Shown here piece after piece: positions 38,825-52,800 of a stretch of DNA of 64,000 nucleotides (the stretch's first letter is position 1; each line of letters begins with the position of its first letter). The notes below the pieces were generated by a model. It was not told the DNA's origin. It did no database searches and was given only the letters and a program-made list of their open reading frames with translations. The translations under genes and the position numbers were made by a program. The stretch lies in the NCBI GenBank assembly GCA_964016885.1, contig OZ024744.1:75392001-75456000 (forward strand). The letters are read 5' to 3'. This DNA comes from Eledone cirrhosa (lineage: Eukaryota).

Positions 38825-41535
38825 CACCACCACCACCACCACCACTGCTACTACCACCACTATCACTAATGCCACTACTGTCACCACCATCCCCATTATA
38901 ACCACCACACCACCACCACCACCACCACCACTGCTACTACCACCACTATCACTAATACCACTACTGTCACCACCATCCCCATTATAACCACCACACCACC
39001 ACCACCACCACCACCACCACCACCACCACTACTACCACCACTGCTACTACCACCACTATCACTAATGCCACTACTGTCACCACCATCCCCATTATAACCA
39101 CCACACCACCAACACCACCACCACCACTGCTACTACCACCACTATCACTAATACCACTACTGTCACCACCATCCCCATTATAACCACCACACCACCACCA
39201 CCACCACCACCACCACCACCACCACTACTACCACCACTGCTACTACCACCACTATCACTAATGCCACTACTGTCACCACCATCCCCATTATAACCACCAC
39301 ACCAACACCACCACCACCACCACCACCACCACCACCACCACCACTACCACCACCACCACCACCACCACCACAACCACCACCACCACCACCACCACCACCA
39401 ACACCACCACCACTGCTACTACCACCACTATCACTAATGCCACTACTGTCACCACCATCCCCATTATAACCACCACACCAACACCACCACCACCACCACC
39501 ACCACAACCACCACCACCACCACCACCACCACCACCAACACCACCACCACCACCACCACCACCACCACCACCACCACCACCACCACCACCACCACAACCA
39601 CCACCACCACCACCACCACCACCACCACCACCACCACCACCACCACTGCTACTACCACCACTATCACTAATGCCACTACTGTCACCACCATCCCCATTAT
39701 AACCACCACCACCACCACCACCAAAACCACCACCACCACCACCACCACAACCACCACCACTGCTACTACCACCACTATCACTAATGCCACTACTGTCACC
39801 ACCATCCCCATTATAACCACCACACCAACACCACCACCACCACCACCACCACCACCACCACCACCACCACCACCACCACCACCACCACCACAACCACCAC
39901 CACCACCACCACCACCACCACCACCACCACAACCACCACCACTGCTACTACCACCACTATCACTAATGCCACTACTGTCACCACCATCCCCATTATAACC
40001 ACCACACCAACACCACCACCACCACCACCACCACCACCACCACCACTACCACCACCACCACCACCACCACCACAACCACCACCACCACCACCACCACCAC
40101 CAACACCACCACCACTGCTACTACCACCACTATCACTAATGCCACTACTGTCACCACCATCCCCATTATAACCACCACACCACCACCACCACCACCACCA
40201 CCACCACCACCACTACTACCACCACTGCTACTACCACCACTATCACTAATGCCACTACTGTCACCACCATCCCCATTATAACCACCACCACCACCACCAC
40301 CAAAACCACCACCACCACCACCACCACCACCACCACCACTGCTACTACCACCACTATCACTAATGCCACTACTGTCACCACCATCCCCATTATAACCACC
40401 ACACCACCACCACCACCACCACCACCACCAAAACCACCACCACCACCACCACCACTACTACCACCACTGCTACTACCACCACTATCACTAATACCACTAC
40501 TGTCACCACCATCCCCATTATAACCACCACACCACCACCACCACCACCACCACCACCACCACCACTACTACCACCACTGCTACTACCACCACTATCACTA
40601 ATGCCACTACTGTCACCACCATCCCCATTATAACCACCACACCAACACCACCACCACCACCACCACCACCACCACCACCACCACTACCACCACCACCACC
40701 ACCACCACCACAACCACCACCACCACCACCACCACCACCACCACCACCACCACTGCTACTACCACCACTATCACTAATGCCACTACTGTCACCACCATCC
40801 CCATTATAACCACCACACCACCACCACCACCACCACCACCACTACTGTCACCACCATCCCCAGTATAACCACCACACCACCACCACCACCACCACCACCA
40901 CCACCACCACCACCACCACAACCACCACCACCACCACCACCACCACCACCACCACCACCACCACCACCACCACCACCACCACTGCTACTACCACCACTAT
41001 CACTAATGCCACTACTGTCACCACCATCCCCATTATAACCACCACACCACCACCACCACCACCACCACCACCACCACCACCACCACCACCACCACCACCA
41101 CCACCACCACCACCACTGCTACTACCACCACTATCACTAATGCCACTACTGTCACCACCATCCCCATTATAACCACCACACCACCACCACCACCACCACC
41201 ACCACCACCACAACCACCACCACTGCTACTACCACCACTATCACTAATACCACTAATGTCACCACCATCCCCATTATAACCACCACCGCCACCACCACCA
41301 CCACCACTACCACTGCTACTACCACCACTGCTACTACCGCCACTATCACTAATACCACTACTGTCACCACCATCCCCATTATAACCACCACACCACCACC
41401 ACCACCACCACTACCACTGCTACTACCACCACTGCTACTACCACCACCACCACCACCACCACTACTGTCACCCCCATCCCCATTATAACCACCACACCAC
41501 CACCACCACCACCACCACCACCACCACCACCACCT
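38825..41535. repeat. Minisatellite: ~21 copies of a conserved ~60-bp unit separated by variable-length (CCA)n
   Basis: Unit ctgctactaccaccactatcactaatgccactactgtcaccaccatccccattataaccaccac, counted by eye. Confidence 0.95.
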
Positions 41536-41648
41536 CTAACAGTATTACCTCCTGAATGACCATTACCAGTATCTCAACTACCACCGCGACACCACCACCA
41601 CCACCACCACCTGCACCACCACACCATCATCAACACCACACCACCGCC

Positions 41649-42885
41649 GGTAGTGTCGGTGTTGGTGCTGGTGTTGGTGTGGTATCGCTATTGGTGGTGT
41701 TGGTGTTGGTGTTGGTGTTGGTGGTGGCGTTGGTGTTGGTGGTGGTGTTGGTGATGATGTTAGTGGTGGTGGTGGTAGTGGTGTTGGTCTTGGTGGTGGT
41801 GGTGTTGGTGTTGGTGTTGGTGATGGTGTTGTTGGTGGAGGTGTTGGTGTTGGTGTTGGTGTTGGTGTTGGTGTTGGTGTTGCTGTTGGCGTTGATGTCG
41901 GTGGTGTTGATGTTGGTGTCGGTAGTGTTGGTGTTGGTGTTGTTGGTGGTGGTGTTGGTGGTGTCGGTGTTGGTGGTGGTGTTGGTGGTGTTGGTGGTGT
42001 TGGTGGTGTTGGTGTTGGTGCTGTTGGTGGTGGTGTTGGTGGTGTCGGTGTTGGTGTTGGTGTTGTGGTGTTGGTGTTGGTGGTGTTGGTGTTGTGGTGT
42101 TGGTGGTGTTGGTGTTGGTCGTGTTGGTGCTGTTGGTGGTGGTGTTGGTGGTGTCGGTGTTGGTGGTGGTGTTGGTGGTGTTGGTGTTGGTGTTGGTGTT
42201 GGTGTTGTTGGTTTTGGTGGCGTTGGTAGTGTTGTTGGTGTTGATGTTGGTGATGGTGTTGGTGGTGGTGGTGTTGGTGTTGGTGATGGTGTTGGTGTTG
42301 GTGGTGTTGTTGGTGATGGTGTTGGTGGTGGTGGTGTTGGTGTTGGTGATGGTGTTGGTGTTGATGTTGGTGATGGTGTTGGTGGTGGTGGTGTTGGTGT
42401 TGGTGATGGTGTTTGTGTTGATGTTGGTGATGGTGTTGTTGGTGATGGTGTTGGTGGTGGTGGTGTTGGTGATGGTGTTGGTGTTGATGTTGGTGATGGT
42501 GTTGGTGGTGTCGGTGTTGGTGGTGGTCTTGGTGTTGGTGTTGTTGGTTCTGTGGGTGTTGTTGGTGGTGTGGGTGTTGGTGGTGTTGGTGGTCGTGTTG
42601 GTGATGGTGTTGGTGTTAGTATTGTGATGTTTGTGTTGGTGTTGATGGTTCTGTGGGTGTTGTTGGTGGTGTGGGTGTTGGTGGTGTTGGTGGTCGTGTT
42701 GGTGATGGTGTTGGTGTTAGTATTGTGATGCTTGTGTTGGTGTGGTGTTGGTGTTGGTATTGGCGGTGTTGGTGTTGTTGTTGGTGTCGGTGTTGGTGTT
42801 AATGGTAGTGTTGGTGTTGGTTTTGGTGGTGGTGTTGGTTTTGGTGTTGGTGTGGTCTTGGTGGTGTTGGTGTTGGTGTTATTTT
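41649..42885. repeat. Degenerate (GGT/GTT/GGTGTT)n satellite
   Basis: Direct reading. Strand polarity is opposite to the adjacent (CCA)n array. Confidence 0.9.
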
Positions 42886-43682
42886 GTGGAAGGGACGCGC
42901 TCCGATGTACAGGCGGTCCATCTGCTGTCAACACCCGCTACGTGGAGGGCTGGGCATGCCGTGGCTGATGATGTGCAGACACGCGCTCGGGCTACAAAAT
43001 CTCCACCTCTTCCTCGACGGTGATCAGGTTTGGTCACCGTTTGCTAGCCACGTCTTTCCCCAGCTCGTCTCCTTGACGGAGCTGCAGTCCTGGGTCAAGC
43101 GAAGATCGAGAGGGAGCGCTTGGAGACTGGAATGTCTTCAGGCGTTCACACCCCTCGACCAATCGGGCAATGTGATCGGTGGAAACTGCACCTTGGCGTT
43201 CTATAGCGGATTAGTGGAGGGGAAGAGGAACGACGTACTTGGGGAAACTCTAGGCGTCGGCGATAATCAACTAGCCAATCTTTTCGAAAGAACTTTCGGG
43301 TCGGGGCCTATGGACAACTTCCAGAAATCCCTGGCCTGGCAGTGCTACCGAGGAGCTTTGCCAGTTCGGGATAAACTTTACAGGCATGGAAGTGCCGTCA
43401 GCCGGGCATGTCCGAGATGCACGCAGGGCGACGAAACCGTCCTACACGCACTCGTCCAGTATCCGAGCATTGCTGACTTGTGGTTTATGTCGAACACCTG
43501 CTGTCGCGTGTAGGACGGGTCCGGCTATCAGCTGAGTCCATCGTGAGGATTGCCCCACCCTCTTCCTTTAGCCGGGAAGGGCAGGCAGTTTGTATCTGTC
43601 TGGTGGCCATGGCGAAAGAGATCGTATGGTAAACGCGTTTAAAAGGGCTGAAGACGAACACTTACCTGTTCGGTGATGCCCT
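42884..43682 (+). mobile_element. Tx1/L1-type LINE fragment (post-RT region and zinc finger)
   Basis: RRSICCQHPLRGGLGMP, MDNFQKSLAWQCYRGALPVRDKL and CPRC..ETVLHALVQ. Homologous to 51960-52765. Confidence 0.85.
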
Positions 43683-46522
43683 CTCGTGTCGAATGGGCAG
43701 GCCACATCCACAATCAGGCACGATCTTTTTTCTTTGTCCAAAACCACCAGGTCAGGTCTATTGTGTTCCAGTTTCTTGTCCGTCTGTATCCTAAAATCCC
43801 ACAGCACCTTCACCTGATCGTTTTCTATCACCGACTCTGGCTTATGTTCATACCACTTCTCAGAATATGGTACATTGTTTACTTTGCATAGGTGCCAGTG
43901 GATCACCCTGCCTATCACATCATGTCTCCAGCCTTTATAGTGAGTCTGGGATAGGTGTTTACACTCGGATACAATGTGAGCCACAGTCTCCTCTCTCTCC
44001 CCACTGATCCTGCACAGTGGGCTAGCCTCCTCCTTGTAAATATAGTGTTTCAGCCACTTCGTTTTGAGGGCCTGCTCTTGCGCAGCCATTAGCATTCCTT
44101 CTGTAGCCTTTTTAAGGTCTCCTCTTCTCAACCAGTTCCATGTCTGTGGATCTCTTAATTCCGTTTTCTCAAAGAAGGTACTATGAAGGGATTTTTCATG
44201 AAGGTTGCTCTTTCTCCTTATTGTTATTTCCTCCTTGGACATCCCCTGGTCTATTGTCCTCTCCTTCAGTGCAATTATGAGCATTGGCTTCTTATTATCG
44301 GTCACGTATTTGTGTAGGTTGTTTTTCTCCATCTGAACACAGTCCTCTATGCTGATAAGACCTCTTCCACCCTCAGATCTCCTTAGGTAGAGTCTATCGA
44401 CATCACTCCTCTTGTGGAACTTGTTGTAGATAGTCAATAGCTTCCTAGTCTTCCTATCCATTTCTTTTTGTTCAGCAACATTCCATCTCAGAATTCCCGC
44501 ACTGTACCTAATAATAGACACAGCTCGGGAATTTACTGCGCTTATGGCATTCCTACTGTTCAGATGTGACTTTAATACGCTCCTTATGCTCCGAATGTAT
44601 TCAGATCTTATCAATTCCTTCATTTTTTCTTCTTGATGTCATCAGCCTCCAGAACACCCAAATACTTGTATCCTTCTTCAGTGTCAATTTCCTTTATCAT
44701 CTCACCTGTTGGTACCTGGATTCCGTTACTTCTGCTCAACTTACCCCTCTTCATCACAATGACTCCACACTTACTAATACCAAACTTCATACATATATCA
44801 TTGCTGAAAATACGGACAGTGTCAACACGCACGTCCAACTCCTACTCACTCTTCCCGAAGAGCTTAAGATCGTCCATGAAGAGGAGGTGATTGATGGTAA
44901 GCTCTCCCTTTCCCAACTTGTATCCTGCTCTCACTTTTCGCAGTATAATGGTCAGGGGCATCAGGGCAAGGACAAACAACAGAGGGGACAGACTATCTCC
45001 CCGGAATATACTTCTCTTGATCTTCACGCCTCCCAAGGATTCTCCAGCTGATGTTAACTCTGTTTTGTTTTCCAGGACTTCATGCTTTTGCTCAACAACT
45101 GTCCGATGTTATCTGCCACCTTGAAGATCTCTAGGCTTTTGGTGATCCAAGAATGAGGCACCATGTCAAATGCCTTTTTGTAGTCTATCCATCCCATGGC
45201 AAGACCAGTGTGTCTCTTGTTGCAATTCCTCATTACCATCTTATCAATAAGTAACTGGTCCTTTGTACCACGGGACTTCTTTCGGCATCCTTTCTGTTCG
45301 TCCGGTAACAAGTTGTTTGTGTGGAGGTGATGGTAGATTTCCTCAGACACAATGCTTGTCAACAGTTTCCACATTACGGACAGACATGTGATAGGTCTAT
45401 AGTTGGTAACATCATTACCCTTGATTCGGTCTTTCATTACCAGAACTGTGGTACTTTTTTTCAACCACTCTGGTACCTCACCTGACATCAAGCAGTCATT
45501 GAACATGGTTGTCAGTTTCGGGTGAAGGGATGTTACATTTTTAATCCAATACCCCTGCACACCATCTGGGCCTGGTGATTTCCAGCTGGTTAGTTTTTTG
45601 GCCTGCCCTTTAATAGTTTCAACTGTGATACTCAAATCAGTTTGTTGGTGTGCCTATTCACTAATCTCCTTTTGTACTGTCTCAATCCACACTGCTTGGT
45701 CATTAAGTTTAACATCCTGCTCCCATATTCCTCTCCAGAATGTCTTAGTTTGTACCGCCTCAGAGACCAATTCGTTGCCTCCTTCTTTCCCTTCAAGCTG
45801 TCCAAACAACATCTTCTGGCTGTTGTCAAACATGCGGTTCTGTCTATACTGACTGACTCTGCTCTCGTATCGCCTAATTTTTGCACTCTTTGCTACAATG
45901 CGTTGCTTCTGTTCCTCTATGATAATATTTAGCCTTTTCCTCCTAGTTTTGTACTTTATTTCCAGTCTATTTTTAGTGTCTATGTTTTTTAGTGTCCCAT
46001 TCAGTAGGGACTCAAGCTTTCCAATGTCATTTCTCATTTCCCTGATTTGACCATTCAGTCGTTTCTTCCACCAACGTTCTGATCTTTCTTGTTTGTTGTT
46101 TCCTCTCGCTTTTATGCCAAGTAATTTCCTCACCGCATTTGCTGTTGCTTTGAGGATATTGTTGCACTGGTGAAGGCTCCTCGCCTCAGGGTATGGGATG
46201 ACTTTGTTTACCTTAGCTGTTGTTTCTTTTAACTTTTTCCTGTCTATAAATCTTAGGTTCATAGGTTTCCCACTATCATTGTTCATTTCATCTACCATTA
46301 AGTTTAGGATGACAACCAAATCTTGCCCTATCCCGTCAGCATTCATTTCCTCTATGGCCGTATCTTTGTTCCAGGTATTATTTTTTTCTGCATTCAGATC
46401 ATTGTCTGCTACGGATGGTTCCTCCGTTCTCTCAACCCCTTCACCTTCATTTCCCACTGGCTCATTTGCCTGGCATACTCCACTCTCCATTTCCAACCTA
46501 ATCTCTCTGCTCAGTTCCTCCA
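43680..46522 (-). mobile_element. R4/Dong-type element, frameshifted and truncated at both ends
   Basis: Consecutive ORF pieces give KSPGPD, NYRPITC, DYKKAFDMVPH, FMDD, RHD and HNRPD...VDVACPFDTR, where the sequence fuses to the Tx1 fragment. Confidence 0.9.
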
Positions 46523-47104
46523 GTGATCCGGTTGTCGACTGAGTCCATTGTGCAGATGGTCTCGCCGTCCTCCTTTGAGGAGGAAGTTCAGGCGGTTTTC
46601 ATCTGCCTGGTGGCCATGGCGAAAGAGATTGTGTGGTGGACAAGGTTAAAAGGATTAAAGACAAACACTTTCCTCTTCGGCGAATCCCTGATTAACTTTT
46701 TCAAGTTTCACTTGAAGAGGAAAATCAGGGTGGAGAGGCAAGTGCTGCTTTCTAGCAAATTTGTTGAAAGGTGGGTGAATGTAACGAGAATGGTCCGAGT
46801 GAATATACGTCTGTAGTTTGAGAGATGGAAAAATTGAGAGAGGGCGCTTGCCCTAGTAGTCAGGGTGGCCGTGGTCTTTTGTGTGGTTTTCGCCACGAGT
46901 AACCCTCGGAGGTTTCCCCCCTATTGGGGAATTTTTCATTGTTACAATTTTCATTTTATTGTTTATATATATATATGTTTTATGTCTTTTTTCTTTTCTT
47001 ATATAAATAATAAAAATATTTACACGCTCAAAATCCACATCGTACCGTCCTGTCCGTCTGTGATGTTTTTCTTGATGTCAGCCCTTGTGGCCAATAAAGA
47101 AATC
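46523..47104 (+). mobile_element. Tx1-type LINE 3' end with (ATT)n tail
   Basis: AMAKEIVWWTRLKGLKT..INFFKFHLKRKIRVER. Terminus cccttgtggccaataaagaaatc followed by (att)n. Confidence 0.85.
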
Positions 47105-47137
47105 ATTATTATTATTATTATTATTATTATTGTTGTT

Positions 47138-48812
47138 ATTCCTTGAATCTCAGTCATTGATGTTGGTTAACTGGAAAGTCCGTTGGATTGAATATCAAGC
47201 CACTACCTGCAGCCTCAGATATTCAGGACGTATCGGAGGGTTCTTGCTGTTCCAAGCAAGCATGCCTTTTGAAGCGTTCCAAAAAGCGTGAAGGGGCCGA
47301 TTTTCTTTAACCATCCCTGGAAACTTTTGGAGATAGTCCCCAGTGCGCCTATGACAATCGGGATCACTTTGACTTCATGGCAGTTCCAAATCCTTTTCAC
47401 CTCCCACTTTAGGTCCTGGTATCGGTTAATTTTCTCCCTCTCCTTCTCTTGCACTCTCGTGTCGAACGGGCAGGCCACGTCCACAATCAGACACGATCTT
47501 TTTTCTTTGTCCACAACCACCAGGTCAGGTCTATTGTGTTCCAGTTTTTTGTCCGTCTGTATCCTAAAATCCCACAGCACCTTCACCTGATTGTTCTCCA
47601 TCACCGCCTCTGGCCTATGCTCATACCATTTCTCAGAATGTGGTAAATTGTTTACTTTGCACAGGTGCCAGTGGATCACCCTGCCCATCACATCGTGTCT
47701 CCAGCCCTTATAGTGGGTCTGGGCTAGGTGTTTACACTCGGACACAATGTGAGCCACAGTCTCCTCTCTCTCTCCACAGATCCTGCACAGTGGGCTAGCC
47801 TCCTCCTTGTAAATATGGTGCTTCAACCACTTCGTTTTGAGGGCCTGCTCCTGCGCAGCCATTAGCATTCCTTCTGTAGCCTTTTTGAGGTCTCCTCTTC
47901 TCAACCAGTTCCATGTCTGTGGATCTCTAAATTCAGTTTTCTCAAAGAAGGTACTATGAAGGGATTTTCCCTTAAGGCTGCTCTTCCTCCTTGATGTTAT
48001 TTCCTCCTTGGACATCCCCTGGCCTACTGTCCCCTCCTTCAGTACAGTTCTGAGCATTGGCTCCTTACTATAGGTCACGTATTTGTATAGGTTGTTTTTC
48101 TCCATCTGAACACAGTCCTCTATGCTGATAAGACCTCTTCCACCCTCAGATCTCCTTAAGTAGAGTCTATCGACATCACTCCTCTTGTGGAACATGTTGT
48201 AGATAGTCAATAGCTTCCTAGTTTTCCTATCCATTTCTTTTTGTTCAGCAACATTCCATCTCAGAATTCCCGCACTGTACCTAATAATAGACACAGCTCG
48301 GGAATTTACTGCGCTTATGGCATTTCTGCTGTTCAGATGTGACTTCAATACGCTCCTTACTCTTCGAATGTATTCAGTTCTTAACAATTCCTTCATTTTT
48401 TTGTTCTTTATGCCATCAGCCTCCAGAACGCCCAAATACTTGTATCCTTCCTCAGAGTCAATTTCCTTTATCATCTCACCTGTTGGTATCTGGATCCCGT
48501 TACATCTGCTCAACCTACCCCTCCTCATCACAATGACTCCACATTTACCAATACCAAACTGCATACATATATCACTGCTGAAAATACGGACAGTGTCAAC
48601 AAGCACATCCAACTCCTTCTCACTTTTCCCGAAGAGCTTAAGATCGTCCATGAAGAGGAGGTGATTGATGGTAAGCTCTCCCCTTCCCAACTTGTATCCT
48701 GCTCTCACTTTTCGCAGCATAATGGTCAAGGGCATCAGGGCAAGGACAAACAACAGAGGGGACAGGCTATCTCCCTGGAAGATACCTCTCTTGATCTTTA
48801 CGCTTCCCAAGG
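47138..48812 (-). mobile_element. 5'-truncated R4/Dong element with an open 531-aa RT-thumb/CCHC/RLE frame (47215-48810), flanked by (TAA)n
   Basis: GIFQGDSLSP, FMDD, CRICGEREETVAHIVSEC, RHD, HNRPD...DVACPFD...EK..RY and PIVIGALG. (att)n tracts lie at both 47105-47137 and 48813-48845. Confidence 0.92.
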
Positions 48813-48845
<33 letters not shown>

Positions 48846-49532
48846 TGCATTTATCTTGCTTTATGTTTATACGAGTTATCACCAAGTCACAACCAGTGAC
48901 CTCAAGAGACAACAAGGTCCGCCATGTTCAAGAAAGAACATACATATTCACACATGCATCCTTAGTGTTTAGACTTGTGATGTACTTATATTGACAGGAT
49001 CTTCCTTAGTATATGGGCAGTTCCCATTAGTACTATCTTTTGTATTTCTCCTATACGCGGGTTTCCTGGGATTTGCGATAAGTAGTCGTTAGACCCCTTA
49101 GGTATCATTCCCAGAGCGCCTACAACCACTGGTATTGTTTTAGTTCTCAATTTCCACATTTTTCCAATTTCTATCTCCAGGTCCTTATACTTGCTCAATT
49201 TTTCAAATGTTTTTATAGATACATTCTTGTCTATTGGAACAGACATATCAATTAGCAGGCATACCCTCCTTTGAAAGTCCTTCAATATTATATCAGGTCT
49301 ATTTGCATCTATTTTTCGGTCTGTTTGGATGCTAAAGTTCCACAAGATTGAGATGTGATCTTTTTCAAGTATGGGAGGTGGTTGATGCTTCCACCAATTC
49401 TTTTGATGGGGCAGGTCAAAATGCTTACACATTATCCAATGTATGTATTGTGCAGCTCTGTCATGCCTGTTTAGGTATTCGGTTGGAGCTATAGGACTGC
49501 ACATTGAAATTATATGGTCAATGGTCTCTGGT
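48846..49532 (-). mobile_element. 3' end of a second R4/Dong subfamily (RLE domain)
   Basis: ORF 48986-49504: EYLNRHD, NRPDIIL..LIDMSVP..EKLSKYKDL, IPVVVGALG. The 3' UTR ends in (TAA)n. Confidence 0.88.
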
Positions 49533-49544
49533 TGTTTTTTTTTT

Positions 49545-49711
49545 ATTATTAGTCCCTTGGAAGTCTCCCCCCTATTGGGGAATTTTTCTTTGTTATTTTA
49601 TTTCAACCTCTGTTTTTTTACACGCAGAAATGCCCATTTGTACCGTCCTGTATTGTCCTGTACTGTCCTTAATGTCTACTTTATGTGAACCCTTGTGGTT
49701 AATAAAGAAAA

Positions 49712-49713
<2 letters not shown>
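49545..49713 (+). mobile_element. Tx1-type 3' UTR stub with (ATT)n tail
   Basis: ccccctattggggaatttt and cccttgtggttaataaagaaaac(att)n are shared with 46915-47104. Confidence 0.8.
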
Positions 49714-49772
<59 letters not shown>

Positions 49773-49802
49773 GCTGCTGCTGTTGTTGTTGTTGTTGTTA
49801 TT

Positions 49803-52800
49803 GAGCAGTAGCGAAGGTGATGCCTTTAGACTGCTGGCCGTCTACGCTCCTACAGGGGCCAGACGACCGGACTTATTTAGGCGCCTGGAGATCTTTCTGG
49901 GTACGTCTCGCCCTTTACTGTTAGCGGGGGACTGGAATGGCATCTTAGACGCACGCTGGGATTGTGTGAGAGTAGCTGATAGGAGCGGGGGGTGCAAAAG
50001 CCTCAAGCACCTACTCACCTAGTTCCAACTGTCTGACAGGTATCGACTAGATTTCCCAAAATGTGCCAGTATGGACATGGACCAACCGAATGGGGTCATC
50101 TAGATCGTATATAGACAGGATCTTCATTAGGAAAATAGATAGAAATAGTGTAGGCTGCCTAATCAGATCACAAATTTGGGATCTGTATGGTCGACCTAGA
50201 TAAAATGCATAGGTTGGGCCGGGTTACTGGAAGCTGAACATGTCATTTCCGGCACGTAAGGCTTACAGGGACCGAGTCAACAATTTAGTTAAGCAAAAGT
50301 TGACAGTGGGGTGGGGGGTTCATCAACAACATATGGTGGGGGGCTCTCAAAAGAGAGATTAGAGTAACTTCGATGAGTTCAGCAAAGAACTAGCGTTAGA
50401 GAAAAATAGAAAGGAGGTGAGTTGGTAGATAAGTTAGATAAGGCTATTTGTAGTGGCATTGCAACTAACGTGCTAGCGGCGAGAATGGCATTAGACCATT
50501 TCTTCAATGCGAAACACGAAGGTTGCATTGTCAGAGTTAAGGCGCGTGCACTGAGAAACGAGAAAACCAAAGCTGTTCGATGGGCCCGCGTGGCGGAGGC
50601 GCAGCGTAGTAATAAAACCACGATTCGGTCTTTGACGGACCGAGATGGACACGAGCTGAGTGATTCCAAGCGGATGTGTGAGGCCTTTCGCCAACATTTT
50701 GCTAGGTTGTTCGGAGGAAGTGGCGAGTCAGAGACGGTGTCGGACATCAGTCACTACCTCGATGGCTTGCCGCAACACTTGACGGCCGACGCTGGGGGTT
50801 GCGAAAGGCCGATTACTTCAGCCGAAATTCAGGACGCCCTTGTCGGCTGCATGAGGCGCAAGTCACCCGGTTTGGATGGCCTGCCCTACGAGCTTTACGT
50901 AAATAATCCAGACTTGTTCTCCGATCTCCTCGGAGCACTCTACTGCAACTGGCAGCAGAATGGGAGTATTCCAAGTTCTGTGAGCAGGGGAGTGGTGACG
51001 CTGATAAGGAAAGACGAGAACAAGAGGGATATATTAGACAACTTCAGGCCCATAACTTTGCTCAACACAGAGTTTAAGATTTTGGCCAAGGTGTTAGCAA
51101 AGAGATTGGCGCTTGTCGTCGAGCATTTGGTTCGGGAGCGCAAACTTGCGCAATCGCAGCCAGGTCCATACACGACAATCTCCACCTCATGCGATACATC
51201 ATAGAGAGGGTAGGGTGTAAACCTGGCTTCGGTGGGGGCATTGATCAATTTAGATCAATCGAAAGCATTCGATAGGGTCGACCATCGGTATCTAGAGTTT
51301 GTCCTCAAAGCAGCTGGCTTCAGCCCAGTCTTCAGAAGCTGGATTGCTGCAATGCACAGCGGCACATGCTCTGTGGTCAAGGTTAATGGCCACCTCTCGG
51401 AACCATTTCGGCTCTCCCGATTGGTCCGTCAAGGGTGCCCTCTCTTTTCCCTTCTGTACGTATTGACTCTCGAGCCTTTACTGCGGAAGCTGGAGCGGTT
51501 GCAGGGCATCCCGCTCGAACCGGGACGTGGAAAGGCTTATGCGGACGACATCAACATGATGGTGTCGAACACCTCAGAAATTGAGGTGGTCGGCACCTTA
51601 TTGAAGGAATATGAAAGGTTGACAGGAGCCAGACTTAACCAGGAAAAGTCGGTGGGCTTGCAGCTCGGAACCTGGAGAGGCAAGCCCATGCCGTCCAACA
51701 GCGTCGTGGGGCGCTGTTGGACGGACCGGTAAAGTTGCTCAGGGTTTGCTTCGGACCAGACCTTCAGGTGGAAAAGAATTGGGACGGGGTAACGAGCAGA
51801 GTAGCCAGTCTCACCCAAAAATGGGCTGGGAGGAAGCTATCACTGAAAGGTCGTGCGGAGGTGACGAATGCGTACATCGCGTCCGTCATCTACTACCGCC
51901 TGACCGTCGTGGCTTGCCCCCGTCCGCGCCTCGTCAAGTTGGAACGGCTACTCTTAAAATTCTTGTGGAGGGGACAAGTTCCTTTGGTGAGGCGGTCCAT
52001 CTGCTGCCAGCACCCTCTACGCGGAGGGCTGGGCATGCCGTGGCTAATGATGCGCAGACATGTGTTGAGGCTGCGACATCTCCAGATATTCTGCCTAAAC
52101 GGTGAACAGGTGTGGTCGCCGTTTATCAGACGGGCCTTTCCGCAGCTCGTTTATTTGACTGAGCTGCAGTCCTGGGTCAAGAAGAGACCGAGACTGGGTG
52201 ACTAGCACCTGGAATGTTGCCAGGCACTGACTTCCCTCTACCAAGCGGGCAATGCGATCAGTGGAACTTCCACTCTCGAGTTCTATAGAGGATTAATGGT
52301 GGTCAAGTGCGACGACGCACTCAGAGAAGCTTTGGGCCTCGACGAGGTCGAACTGACCAGTCTGTACCGGAGGACTTTCGAACCGGGGATGATGGACAAT
52401 TTCCAAAAATCCCTCACTTGGCAGTGCTACCGGGGTGCAGTGCGGGTTCGAGATAAACTCTACAGGCACGGAAGTGCTTCAGACAGACCTGCCCAAGATG
52501 CGCACAGAACGACGAAACCGTTCTGCACGCACTTGTCCAATGTCCGTCCATTACTGACTTGTGGAGTTATGTCGAACAGCTATTGTCGCGTGTGGAACGA
52601 ATCCGGCTATCGGCCGAGTCCATAGTGAAGATCGACCCGCCGCCTTCCTTTGGCCGGGAAGAGCAGGCAATTTTCCTGTCTGTAGGCAGTTGCGGAAGAG
52701 TTTATATGGTGGACCAGATTGACAGGACTGAAGACAGATACTTTTCTCTTCGGCCAATCCCTCATCAACTTCTTCAAGTTTCACCTGGAAAGGAAGGTAT

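Noticed and set aside
38825-41535. CRISPR-like repeat/spacer appearance
   Set aside because: The spacers are only (CCA)n of variable length, the context is eukaryotic, and no cas genes are present.
41556-42934. 390-aa and 434-aa mucin/elastin-like ORFs
   Set aside because: They are open on both strands because of the GGT/GTT repeat, and there is no signal peptide, splice or domain evidence.
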